Below are positions 1 through 11,172 of a stretch of DNA of 32,049 nucleotides, piece by piece. Below the pieces are notes generated by a model, which was not told where the DNA came from, did not search any database, and worked only from the letters and a program-made list of their open reading frames with translations. Source of the stretch: Octopus bimaculoides (taxonomy: Eukaryota); the NCBI RefSeq assembly GCF_001194135.2, contig NC_068990.1, forward strand, positions 8,436,329 through 8,468,377, written 5' to 3'. Position 1 is the first letter of the stretch; every line of letters starts with the position of its first letter. The position numbers and the translations under genes were made by a program.

Positions 1-160
1 TATATATATGTATATATATATGTATGTACGTATATATATGTATATGTGTGTCTATGTGTGTATGTGTGTATCTATGTATATGTGTATTTGTATAGGAATG
101 TATATATGTTTGTATGTACGTATATATGTACGTTTATATGTGCGTGTGTTTGTGCATAGA
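1..160. repeat. Degenerate (TA)/(TG)/(TATG) microsatellite
   Basis: Directly visible alternating TA/TG low-complexity sequence; it produces the spurious YI/CV ORFs. Confidence 0.95.
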
Positions 161-668
161 ATGACAGACAATATATTGTGTAAAGTAGGACAATCATAGC
201 AGATGTTTTCTGTCTCGATATTTAATTTACAGGAACTCATTGAGTCAAACGTTATCTTCATAAGTATCTTCACTGTCGTCAACATCTTGAGCACCAGTAG
301 CTGTGGTTCATTATCGCCATCGTACGCGCAGCCCTACACGGCATGATATTCACTCACTGTACCAGCTTTTACAGTAGCAGCATTGACTCTGGCATCCACA
401 TTGATTGCACTATTTGATAACGAGTAAGATATATAGCAAAGTACGCTAGAATGATTCCCATTACGGAAAAGCATCGTGCAAACCACGCGGTGATGTTGGC
501 AAGGTAACGATGACAGCATGGTCAACACACTGTTGTTTATTAATATGAAATGAATACACTGAAAGTCAGATCATAAAGTTAATATATATGCTGTTCAGTC
601 GATCTTGATAGAATTGCATTTGATGATTGCAGTGATATTGGTATTGCTGGTGTCGGAACTGGTGACGT

Positions 669-669
<1 letters not shown>

Positions 670-714
<45 letters not shown>
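670..714. repeat. (GAT)15 microsatellite
   Basis: Pure GAT tract; source of the poly-His ORF 566..805. Confidence 0.97.
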
Positions 715-715
<1 letters not shown>

Positions 716-1664
716 GTACTGGTGGTGGGGGATTATGGCCGTGGTAATGATGTGAAAGAAGAAGAATAGAGGGAGTATCAAAAGCAGCATGAAAAATACG
801 ATCACGTGATTTCTTAAGATAATACGTTTAGTAGGACTATATTTTCCGATGTGTCCCGCACTGTCTATGGCAGTACAGCAGAATTTTAGGGAGATTTCGT
901 TGTTATAGTTACAAGGTCGAGCGATTACTTAGATACTCCGTTTGTTTAGTCATGATGTCGATGTTGATTGTGATAAGGATGAGGATGACAGTTTAATGAT
1001 AGTTTTGATAAAATGCTGATATGAATGTCAATGTTAATAACGCAGCTGATGATGACTTTTGCCATTATTGTTATGATTGTAGGGATGTGGTTGATACGTG
1101 TAAGGCTGATAGGAGTAGTGACGTCCATGCTTATCATCACGTCGCATGGGAATTTATACTCAGATGGAAATAATTATTATAATGATAGTAATGGTGTTGG
1201 TGTAGATGATGGATGAGTCTGTAATTGTGGTAGAGATTGTAGTGGTGGTAGTAGTAGAGTTAATGCCTTGATAGGTTAGTAATATTGTTCTTAATGGTAG
1301 TAATAAAACAGGGATAGCCACGGTCGTGTACATGACGTTCTGAATGCTAAAGAGTTTGGAACGTGTGATGGTGCTGATGAATACGAAAGATTGTCTTCTG
1401 CGGTTTTATTTTTGTTGTACATTCGATTAATCTTGATTTCCTTCTTATGGTATTGTATCGTTGACAGTAGTTTAGTTGATGTTACTAGGGGAATTTTAGA
1501 CAATTGTTTCGTGTTTGTAGTATATTTTCAGTCTTGGCTAGCCACGTTGTTATTACTTATAATCATTTCAGTGCTGGTGGCATTTATTGCTAATGGTGTT
1601 AGTGTAACGTTAGTTTCGATACTGATGTGACTAGTAAAGGCAATCATGAACGAAGAAAATATTC

Positions 1665-1876
1665 TACTCTTCTCTAGGCACAAGGCCCGAAATTTTGGGG
1701 AAGGGGACCAGTTGGTTACATCGACCCCAGTACGCAACTGGTACTTAATTTATCGACCCCGAAAGGACCAAAGGCAAACTCGACGTCGGCGGAATTTGAA
1801 CTCAGAACATAAAGACAGACGAAATACCGCTAAGCATTTCACCCGACGTGCTAAAGTTTCAGCACGGTTACCGCTT
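1665..1876 (-). mobile_element. tRNA-derived SINE, family A (octopod-type), near full length
   Basis: Reverse complement reads aagcggtaaccgtgctgaaactttagcacgtcgggtgaaatgcttagcggtatttcg...gttctgagttcaaattccgccg (box B-like GTTCAAAT)...ggggtcgataaattaagtaccag...gggccttgtgcc. It aligns by eye with copies at 18173, 20822 and 26672. The family is recalled from octopus genomes. Confidence 0.88.
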
Positions 1877-2162
1877 TATGTATGATAAAAATATTGCTAA
1901 CAAGATAAAGAAACTTATCTTTTTGTCAATGGTGGTAATAATTGTGGTTTCTAGAATTGAAACACGTAAGAATCATTGAATTTGAAATGATCTAAATCCC
2001 TTCCCTTAATCTACTTATCGTTCATTGTATAAAAACAATATAAACTATGCTGTTGTGAAACGGAAATATATAGAAATTCTATCTGCAAGAGCATTTTACT
2101 AGGCGGTTCCATGGCCATGCCATATAGTATTAGTCATGTCGCTTAGTTTACACAATACTATA

Positions 2163-2433
2163 TGTGGTAAGAGTGGTATTGAGTTGAAGCTGTGGTGAAG
2201 GCGGAAGTGCGAGAGTGGGTAGGCCCTATCGAGAGTCCCTGAGGACGGAGGTGCTGAACAAAGCATGCGCAGCGGTGACAGGAAGAGGCCAGAGGACAAG
2301 CGGACAGCGGGAAAGCAGGACGTGTGTGCACGACGAAGAGAAGCGAACGTCCACGTTTGTAGTAAGAGAACGGTCCCTCCAGATCGACAGGTAAGGAAGC
2401 CTAAATCCTCCTTTTTTCCCTTTTCATACCACA
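2163..2433. mobile_element. Putative solo LTR (271 bp, TG...CA)
   Basis: GC-richer island bounded by imperfect inverted termini TGTGGTAAGAG / TTCATACCACA (9 of 11 complementary) with TG...CA ends. Flanks share only ATA, so there is no clean 4-6 bp TSD. Confidence 0.5.
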
Positions 2434-2593
2434 ATAAGGAATTAATTTCCTTACTTTATTATCAATGAAAATGAAATTCAATGTCTTCAGTGTGGAACTA
2501 CAGCTAGATGTTGCATCTGCTACTCCAGAGTCTCAAACGACTTCAGCGGTGTGCGTGTGTATTTGTTTGTTCGTGTGTGTGCGTGTCTCTTTG

Positions 2594-2757
2594 TGTTGGT
2601 GTGTTTACATCCCCGTAACCTAGCTTTTCAGCAAAAGAGAGTGATAAAGGAAAAGGCTTTAAAAACTAAGTACTGAGGTCAATTCGTTCGACCAAAATTC
2701 TTCAAGGTGGTGACCCAGCATGACCACAATCTAATAAATCAAGTAAAAAAATAAAAG
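2594..2757 (+). mobile_element. SINE family B, 3' portion
   Basis: tgtttacatccccgtaacctagc...gcaaaagaga...aagtactgaggtcaattcgttcgaccaaaattcttcaaggtggtgacccagcatgaccacaatctaat...aagtaaaaaaataaaag; homologous to 8753, 11015, 11173 and 13408. Confidence 0.8.
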
Positions 2758-3409
2758 TATATATATGTATATATATATATATATACGTGTGTGTGTGTGT
2801 GTGTGTTGAGAGGGGTAGAGGGAGTTGAATACACTGATAGATTCATACATAAATACATATGCGGGTTTATATGTGTATGTGTGAGGAATGCTATTATGTG
2901 ATTGTGTGTATCTGTCTGTGTGAGTGTACGCGTCTGTGTGCATACCTGCGCATGCGTATACTTCATGTGTTATTCTTATAATGTACTACGCTGTTTGAAA
3001 CAGTTTTGAGATACGCGTAATAGGATTCTTGAACAGCGTTTCCTTTACATTTGATGTTCTTGTTTAATTCTGCCTGATAATGTTGATTTATTAACCATCG
3101 GAAATTACAACACATATTCATAGTATTATTTGTAGTCATCGTTCATTATTAGATTCTATTTCTCCTGATATCGAACAAATCTTTAGTAACGTATTTTGAG
3201 ATAGTGCAAAAACAGCGTGGAGAAAGAGCGAACGAAACAGAATGAAAGGAACGGAGTGGGGAGAGAGAAAAGAGGGGCTGAGCAATAAATTGTAAAATAG
3301 AGAGATGCATTCAGTGAGGCTCAAGTAATGACATCCTCTTTTTGTAGTTCTGTAGATTATTTGAACCAAGATAAAAGAGCATATGATGGAACGCAATTAA
3401 ACTTCTCGT

Positions 3410-3410
<1 letters not shown>

Positions 3411-3465
<55 letters not shown>

Positions 3466-3505
3466 CATCCCATATATATACATATGTACACATATATTTG
3501 TGTGT

Positions 3506-3550
<45 letters not shown>
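3411..3550. repeat. (CA)26 and TG-rich tract in inverted arrangement
   Basis: (CA)n at 3411-3462, a 36-nt spacer, then a TG-rich tract at 3499-3550 (pure TG from 3515). Confidence 0.95.
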
Positions 3551-3552
<2 letters not shown>

Positions 3553-3688
3553 TGAAAAGGTGTTACTGAATAAAAAGTGATATAATCTTCAGGGATATCA
3601 AAAAGTGAAATTGTGAAACACTGACTACATAACAACCGCACGTAATATTAATCGATCTGACTGTTATGTTTATTTGCATAGTTATGTG

Positions 3689-3747
<59 letters not shown>

Positions 3748-3794
3748 GTCTGTCTGTCTATCTATCTATCTCCCTTTCTATCTATCTATCTATC
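3689..3794. repeat. (TATC)n/(TGTC)n tetranucleotide microsatellite
   Basis: Directly visible; source of the SIYL ORFs. Confidence 0.95.
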
Positions 3795-6700
3795 TTTATT
3801 TTTCTCTTTCTATATATATGTGTATTTGTATTTCTTTGTATATATGTGTACATATGCGGGTGTACGTATGTTTGTGGGGGGGAGCGTGTGCGTGCATTCA
3901 TATTTGTGTGTGTATGTGTGTGTGCCTCTGTGTGTGTGTGTGCGTGTGTGTGGGTGTGTGTGTGTATGTGTTTGCTTGTTTGGATAAATACAATGGAATA
4001 TTTGTGCGACCACCCTTTGAATAAAGTGCCGAAAGCGTTTTAACAATGATACTTTGACCTGAATGATTCCATCAATGAAATGAATGATCAGGAGTTTAAC
4101 TGAAATAAAATAATTATTTTGAAAAAGAAAATATCAAAAGTATTGAAGGAAAGAAAGAAAGTTCTAACAAATTCTTTTACTAACACTCAAAAGTATGGCA
4201 TGCATCTAGCTTCAGGAGTCGCCTCTGTAAGTCTAATCCACATTATAAACAGAATACTTTATTTGCAAAGCTGTTCAGTTATTTATTTAGTCGCTAGTTG
4301 CAACTATACGTGAATGAATAATGTATAGCACAACACTGGCCTTCGGATTGTGTTGGATTTTTGAATAATTTTTTTAGTTATTGATTTTCCTTTTAAGTGA
4401 AGTCTCTTTTGTGAACAGAATGGGATTGTTGTACCTCTTAAGTAAATATATGAAAGATCTTACCAATATCAATATTTTGCGTGCGATAAATGATGTATAA
4501 GTACTAAGGAGAACCAGATTTTAGTTATAAAATACATATATTTTCTGGAAAAGATCAATATAGATCCTGAATATATGTTCTCATCTAAATAGATGAGAAC
4601 CAAAAAATTCAGTCTAAAGACGTTCAAAAATAATTTAAGATAAAATATATGTGTTTAACTAATTTAGTTTTCCCTAATATATTGTAATTTTCAATAGATG
4701 TTATTATTCGCTGAATTAATTGCATTTTTATGTTGCAGTATATTGTTGATAGGAAATCTATTACAGCTTTAATATTCTGGCATTCTTAAAGACGCAGAGG
4801 AAATATGAAAGATATTGTTATAGTTTCGTAGATAGTTATATTATTTGCAATGCAATTAATGTTAAGAATCAATTACAAATAATCTCGAACACAATATATA
4901 ATGGCCTAATGTAATATTGTTTATATATATATATATATATAGATTTTAGTTTCCACTCTATGAAGAAAAAATATAAACCACTTGTTTTTTAAAAGTAATT
5001 TCTACATGGCTGTAAAAAGGAGTGATCATTTGAACTAGATTTAATTTTGTTGCTGGATTTTCTACAGTTTTTTTTATAAATTTTAATATATATTGCATAA
5101 TGTTTCTGTTGTGTAAGCCGTTTATACATCAAATACGTGCGCGGACGCCACACTCACACGCATGCATACACACATATATACGTACTCTCATACATTGTTA
5201 TATGCTTTGTAAAACACATATAAACTGTTTACACTATATACTTGAGTCACTGTGGTCAGTAAACAAAACTAATATTTATCTATTAATTTGTAAGTATGTT
5301 CTTAATTATATTTTATCGCTTTATTGTGCTTGAAAAATGTATTTCTATTCTTCCCATAAGATTTTGTTCAGGTTTCACTAAGTTTTCTATTTTTCTGTAT
5401 ACTTTGATTTTCTTAGTAATATTTTGACTTAATTTAGCTTACCCAAGTGTTTCTTTGAGAAGATTGCTTTATAGACTTCCAATTAAATATTTTTTATGAA
5501 AATGATAAACCTAAAGTATCATATTTACACTTCAAATATTATAGGAAGGATCATATAATTGCAGATTTACACTATATCCTTATACTGTTTATTTAATACT
5601 ATAAGCACTTCTGCCAAGGATATATTTTAGAAGAAAAAGAAAATCCGAAATTTTATATCATTAGTGGAGATTAATTAATGGAAATGGACCCAAGCAGGAA
5701 GTGAAACTGCATTGTATTCTCGAATATTAACATCTGCTCAATAGCGGTAGGCATACCATTCATGTAAGAAAAAGATTTTGTTACGAAATACTGAGGTGCT
5801 ATGTTTTAAGGTAAGGGACATGGAAGGCACCACACGCATTCATCAAGAATATGAGGGTTGATTAATCATTTAGTAGTATCAGCACTATCATTGATCACAA
5901 CCTCAAGGAATTCTCTGACAGATTGGTTTTTAGAAATACCAGTCAAAAAAAAATGCATCAAAGATCATCTTTATGAGTTAAAAAGTAATGGGCGCTTGTC
6001 AAAGTCGCATCAGATGTACCATATTTGAATAGAGATATGCTGGTCATAGTCAAAGTGTATTTTCGCATTGGTATTATTTCATCATAACCACATTCTAAGA
6101 AACAAGAGCAACAATCACAATCGCGAAAACAAAACAACAATGACAATATTAGAGCATTATTTGTGAAATCACGTCTTAGTATAGTAAGGAAGCGTTGAAA
6201 AAGTAGTTTAAGACATAAAAGAATGATAGCATGGTCAGTATGGTAGTGCTGTTGATCATCCGTTGCTCATTTAAGCGTGATCGCAGAGTTAAAAACAACA
6301 CTATTAAACAACTATAGAATTTTTATGATGAGAACTGTTCGTTGCTGTCCTTAATGCGCTTTCTCACCATCTCTGCTCCGACAACGAAGACCTTAGTGTG
6401 AATGTGATCAAGCAGTAACCGTTTCTAGGCTTGGAATGTAAGACCATCTTGAGGCTCAATGAAAATTATTGACTGAAGGGGAAACATTCATTCTACATAT
6501 ACAACAGCAGCGCAAATGAAATATAAGTGATTAATTGTTGCGTGGAAGCTGAAGCATGGATTCCAGTCAACTGTTGCACAAAACTTCAACCATAATAATC
6601 CCAATTTAATCGTACATGTTAAACTAATAATTTAAATTCCGGTGAATAGAGAACGTTTTAAGATGAAAATATTAAAGTATCTCTTTCGAAAATATTTCTT

Positions 6701-7263
6701 TCCAAATTGCAAATCAAAGTGAAAAAAACAGCGTTAGAGTAATTTCTAGTATAATAGTTTGAAGAAAGCATTGTATGTCAAGTGCATTGTGACATTCAGC
6801 ATCACCAAGCTGAATAATGCAATGTTTAATATTGTTTGATGTTTCATATTGTTTGCTCGCACCTTAGAATGATTATGACAAGATTAAAGGCAATGCTATA
6901 AGGCATATTCTATTGAAGTTCACTCAATACATCTGGTGTATTTCAAAGTAGCATAGAGTCAGATTTTTCATAAACATGATATTTGTTCCTAAATCTATAG
7001 ATGATGCAAAATTATTATGCATCATCGAGTCAGTTACTCCGCCTACGGGATGTTGGAGTTTACACGGAAATACGGGCAAACGTTGCAGAAATATTTCAGG
7101 CAGATTATAAAACGTATTTTCTATCCAACATCAATTTTCCATTCTGTTTCTTTCTCTTATTTTTTCTCTTCATCCCTCATTATGTATGCACACTCACACA
7201 GGCACGGACACACACACACACACACACACACACACCCACAATCACTCATATATATATAAACAT

Positions 7264-7294
<31 letters not shown>

Positions 7295-7333
7295 AACTTA
7301 GATATATTTAGGTAAATATATATATATATATAT

Positions 7334-7592
7334 NNNNNNNNNNNNNNNNNNNNNNNNNNNNNNNNNNNNNNNNNNNNNNNNNNNNNNNNNNNNNNNNNNN
7401 NNNNNNNNNNNNNNNNNNNNNNNNNNNNNNNNNNNNNNNNNNNNNNNNNNNNNNNNNNNNNNNNNNNNNNNNNNNNNNNNNNNNNNNNNNNNNNNNNNNN
7501 NNNNNNNNNNNNNNNNNNNNNNNNNNNNNNNNNNNNNNNNNNNNNNNNNNNNNNNNNNNNNNNNNNNNNNNNNNNNNNNNNNNNNNNNNNNN
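7334..7592. other. Assembly gap (N run)
   Basis: N run flanked by (TA)n on both sides. Confidence 1.
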
Positions 7593-7629
<37 letters not shown>

Positions 7630-7741
7630 TGCATATACATATATGCACTCACACACACATATATGTGTGTGTGTAACAAGCAAATATGCTACTTCTAAAA
7701 TCTCTCTAATAGATCAACGCAGTAGTTGTACTAACGTGTAA

Positions 7742-7843
7742 TGGCTGTCCGTTCGAACGGACTTTAATGGGATTTTAACCAGCTAGAGGAGTTGACCTCT
7801 TGGTGTTACAAATCGCAGGAAAGTCCGTTCGAAAGGACGGCTA
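7742..7843. repeat. Short inverted-repeat element with palindromic arms (MITE-like)
   Basis: Arms tggctgtccgttcgaacggacttt (7742-7765) and aaagtccgttcgaaaggacggcta (7820-7843) are complementary at 21 of 24 positions. The left arm holds a perfect 16-bp palindrome GTCCGTTCGAACGGAC (7747-7762). Confidence 0.75.
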
Positions 7844-7973
7844 TGTTGAAGGGAATAAGACCATTAATTGTCAGTATAACTATAGCGTTGATCCCTTACA
7901 GAGATTTTAGAGCTATCGGTTTCGCTTGTTGCAAAATCAGCGACTGTACGTCGCTTGAAATTATAAATATTGC

Positions 7974-8204
7974 GAGAACTCCTTGTAGCACCAAAGATGA
8001 ACTGAAGGAAAAGATTATGTCAGCATTCACCACCTTAAAAAGGTCACTGCCCAGAAGAGTTGTAGATCTTATTGAAAAAATTTACACATTAGTATTTCGA
8101 GATTATTTTATGTAATTTTGGTAAATATATCGGTTAAAATGAGATGTTAGTGTTATTTTCATTTTTGCGATATTTAGACAACAATTTATTCACCGCACGT
8201 TGTA
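7974..8204 (+). mobile_element. Tc1/mariner DNA transposon 3' remnant (transposase C-terminus with internal deletion, plus 3' TIR)
   Basis: Translation RTPCSTKDELKEKIMSAFTTLK resembles the post-catalytic C-terminal segment of Tc1-type transposases. It is followed by an AT-rich 3' region and ...aatttattcaccgcacgttg|TA, ending at a TA dinucleotide as expected for Tc1/mariner. Confidence 0.7.
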
Positions 8205-8266
8205 TATATAGAATTAATATGAACAGCAGTTTGCAATGCTTCACCACAAAGGAAAATTACAAATGT

Positions 8267-8394
8267 TACTAAATGGCGAAGCGAGATTGGAAAGCGCCGA
8301 AGCCGCGCTGGTTTAAGTGATGCGGTGATAGAAATTGCCGAAACTCACACGTCAGTTAAGCATTCTCGATCGACATATTTTGAACGACTATGGT
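8267..8394 (+). repeat. Diverged direct repeat, copy 1 (128 bp)
   Basis: Aligns by eye with 8623-8751 at roughly three-quarters identity; shared blocks include aatggcgaagcga, gaaattgccgaaact, cacgtcag and cattctcgatcg. Confidence 0.85.
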
Positions 8395-8622
8395 CCCTGT
8401 TAGTGCATATATTTTCGTTCATGTGCGTTAACTATAGCATTAGAGCATTTAGCTCTTATTTCTAGCAATGTAGGTGTTTTCTAACACCCTCGGCGTATTT
8501 AGTGACATTTGTAAATTCTCCTTTTTTGGCCAGACAATGCAAATTGTTGTTCATATTAATTTTACACGTACACATTAGCGAATCGCTAAACCATCCAATT
8601 ATTTAGATGACGAAAAGATAAA

Positions 8623-8751
8623 TACTAATGGCGAAGCGAATCCGGAAAGTGACGAAGCCTAGCTGGCTAAAGGGTTGAGGCGTCGGAAATTGCCGAAACT
8701 GTCACGTCAGTATTAATCATTCTCGATCGGCACTTTTCGGACGATTATGGT
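8623..8751 (+). repeat. Diverged direct repeat, copy 2 (129 bp)
   Basis: Partner of 8267-8394, offset 356 bp. Confidence 0.85.
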
Positions 8752-8752
8752 A

Positions 8753-8917
8753 TGTTTATGTCCCCGTAACATAGAGGTTCGGCAAAAGAACAGATAGAAT
8801 AAGTACTATTCTGAACAAAATTAAGAACTGGGTCAATTCATTCGACTAAAAATTCAAGGCAGTTCCCCAGCATAGGCTCAGTCGAATGATGAAACAAGCA
8901 AAATAAAAGGCAAAAGG
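8753..8917 (+). mobile_element. SINE family B, 3' portion
   Basis: tgtttatgtccccgtaacatagaggttcggcaaaagaacagatagaataagtact...gggtcaattcattcgactaaaaattcaaggcagttccccagcatagg...gaaacaagcaaaataaaagg. Confidence 0.82.
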
Positions 8918-11014
8918 TATATGTGTGTGTGCGTGTCTCTCTCTCTCTCTTTCTCTCTGTTGAAAGACGCATATGTACTTGACGGTACACAAAAAAAAAA
9001 CAATCTTAAGTTTGTGTTTGTGGATCAAATAAGCATATCTAGAGGTAATAGATAATTGCTTTACCTTGCGAACATCATAAGCATCATTGCACTAAGAATC
9101 TGTTTCACCTGGTGCAACCTAGAACATCTTTTACAGACATTAATTACTGAATGTGGAGGCAAGATCCGGCATTCACATAGGTTTTTCGCTTGTCTTCCTA
9201 AAGGGCCTATATAACTGAGTGCTTATCTTATGTCTTGTGTAATATCCAAAATATTAATTCATCTGTTATTGCTATGGCAATTTTATAATCAAAATATCTG
9301 AATGTTTGCCATCCGTTAACACATCTTCAACACTCGCATTTGAAATTTGAGTGATATTTTACATTTCCTTATAGGAAAAAATACTGGGAACTTTTCAGGT
9401 AAATTATCTGGCATGCAAAGCGCTTTGGGATCGCATATGGCTGTACTATGGAAATACCTCATGCTTACTTCCAATGAAACCTCTGGTCGAAACGGAGTCA
9501 CTATGGAAGAGCTAGTCTATTTGTGCCTGATATTATAATTTTAGTGTCGCTATACTTTAAAACCCGATAAATGTCTGAAAAATTTAAGGCAATGCTGATA
9601 CATTTACAATGTCGAGTTCCAATAATTTTCATCTCAAAGTTGTCGGTGAATATGAATATGCAAACGAAAGAAGTTTTAGAGGGTTTATCGTATCAACTCA
9701 ATAACGGGGACACAGAATTGTACTCACTTTACATTTCATGAACGTTCACATTAGGAAGTTGCATTTCTGTATATATAAACAAAACATTAACCAATCCTGT
9801 AAAAAGAAAAATGTTCTTTTGAGTTTAATTAGGGAAATTTCACACCAGAAGACAAAATAGATGTGAGTTTCTTTTACATTGACGGAAGTAATTAGATAAA
9901 AAATAGTTTACATACAACAATGAGGTTTACTGTTTTGTTCGCTGTCTTGCTAAGGTTATATTATGGAGAGAAAGGGTGGAAAACAACAAATATAAAATTA
10001 GTATGTAACAAGTAAAATGAAAGTCTTTAGACGGATGACTGTCAAGCAAAGTGTGAAGGCGCGCTTGCAGTTTTACAATGAATATTAGTAAATCTTTGAA
10101 TGGATTATGATTTTATAAGATTTTTTAATAAATATATTTTGATTTTAAACCGTTCGGTATAACCGATGAAAATGCAAGATATCGATTTACCATCATCAAT
10201 CTTATCTTTGTAACTCTATCGAATATTCTAAATAGTTTCATTAATGAATGTACCCTTTCTTTAAATACATTCAATATTGATCGTGCAAATTATATTTTTG
10301 AAAAGTAATCAATAAGATTAATAGAAATAAACAGCCACTGAGTTGCTTATAACTTAGACATCAGAAAAAAAAATTATCAAATAAAACGATAGTATTTTGA
10401 GCGAATGACTGACGCCACGTTAATTCAAAAATAAGATGCTCTGGAGAAAATGCCCAGTATTAGTTTGCGGATGTGTCACATTATTTCAATGTATTTCATT
10501 ATCATGAATATATACGTTGGTATTGAAAAAAAAAAAAACTAATATATTCAATAGCGACGTATTTAATGGACGGACGGTTATATCCAATAATAAAACTCCT
10601 TATATTCTTAATTTTTTTCCTCGATATTCATCCACAGTTAAAACTGATAACAGAACAAAAAAAAACATATTTTATATGTATTCCTCGGTAGAACCAACCT
10701 CTCAGTGGAGAAGTAGAAAATGCCATAAGTTAAAAGCCGTTCTCATTGCCGATAGATATGTGTATCTGGTTATATATCCTTATGACCTATCATTTTCGGC
10801 GAGCGTTATGCACTATCACATTTGCGAAATATTGTTCCTCCTCTTTTGCCTTTGATCAAAACGCTGTGTTAAACACAAAGGACGAATTCTGTAGGTAAGA
10901 AAAATTATATGAATGGTTTCACCTATTGTATGGAACGCATAAGCTATCCTGTATAATTATCAAAACTGACATTATTTTTGGCAACATACTGTGAATAGTC
11001 TAGTAAATATATCA

Positions 11015-11172
11015 TTTATCTTTTATCTTTTACTTGTTTCAGTCATTAGACTTGCCATCAACCTGGCGCACCACCGCGAAACATTTTTTAATAAAACTAA
11101 TCGACCCCAGTACATATTTTCTTTTTAAGGCTGGTACTTATTCTATCGGTCTCTTTTTCTGAAACGCTAGGT
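11015..11172 (-). mobile_element. SINE family B, 3' portion (minus strand)
   Basis: ttttatcttttacttgtttcagtcattagact...atcgaccccagtac...tggtacttattctatcggtctcttt...gctaggt is the reverse complement of the family B 3' module. Confidence 0.82.

Noticed and set aside
233-346. Possible terminal exon after tttaatttacAG (ELIESNVIFISIFTVVNILSTSSCGSLSPSYAQPYTA*)
   Set aside because: No recognisable homology, no nearby AATAAA, and the upstream partner exon lies outside the window.
5845-5920. TCACAACCTC (miR-67/miR-307 family seed) in a loose hairpin
   Set aside because: Only the first 9-10 nt match, the rest differs from the family sequences I recall, and the stem is heavily bulged.
8267-8751. CRISPR-like or prokaryotic repeat-spacer interpretation of the direct repeats
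   Set aside because: Only two long diverged copies, in a clearly eukaryotic repeat-rich context with no cas-like or bacterial-style ORFs.
9155-9200. AGGCAAGATCCGGCAT resembling miR-31
   Set aside because: The middle differs from the conserved mature sequence and the possible hairpin is only about 45 nt, with the putative mature sequence running through the loop.
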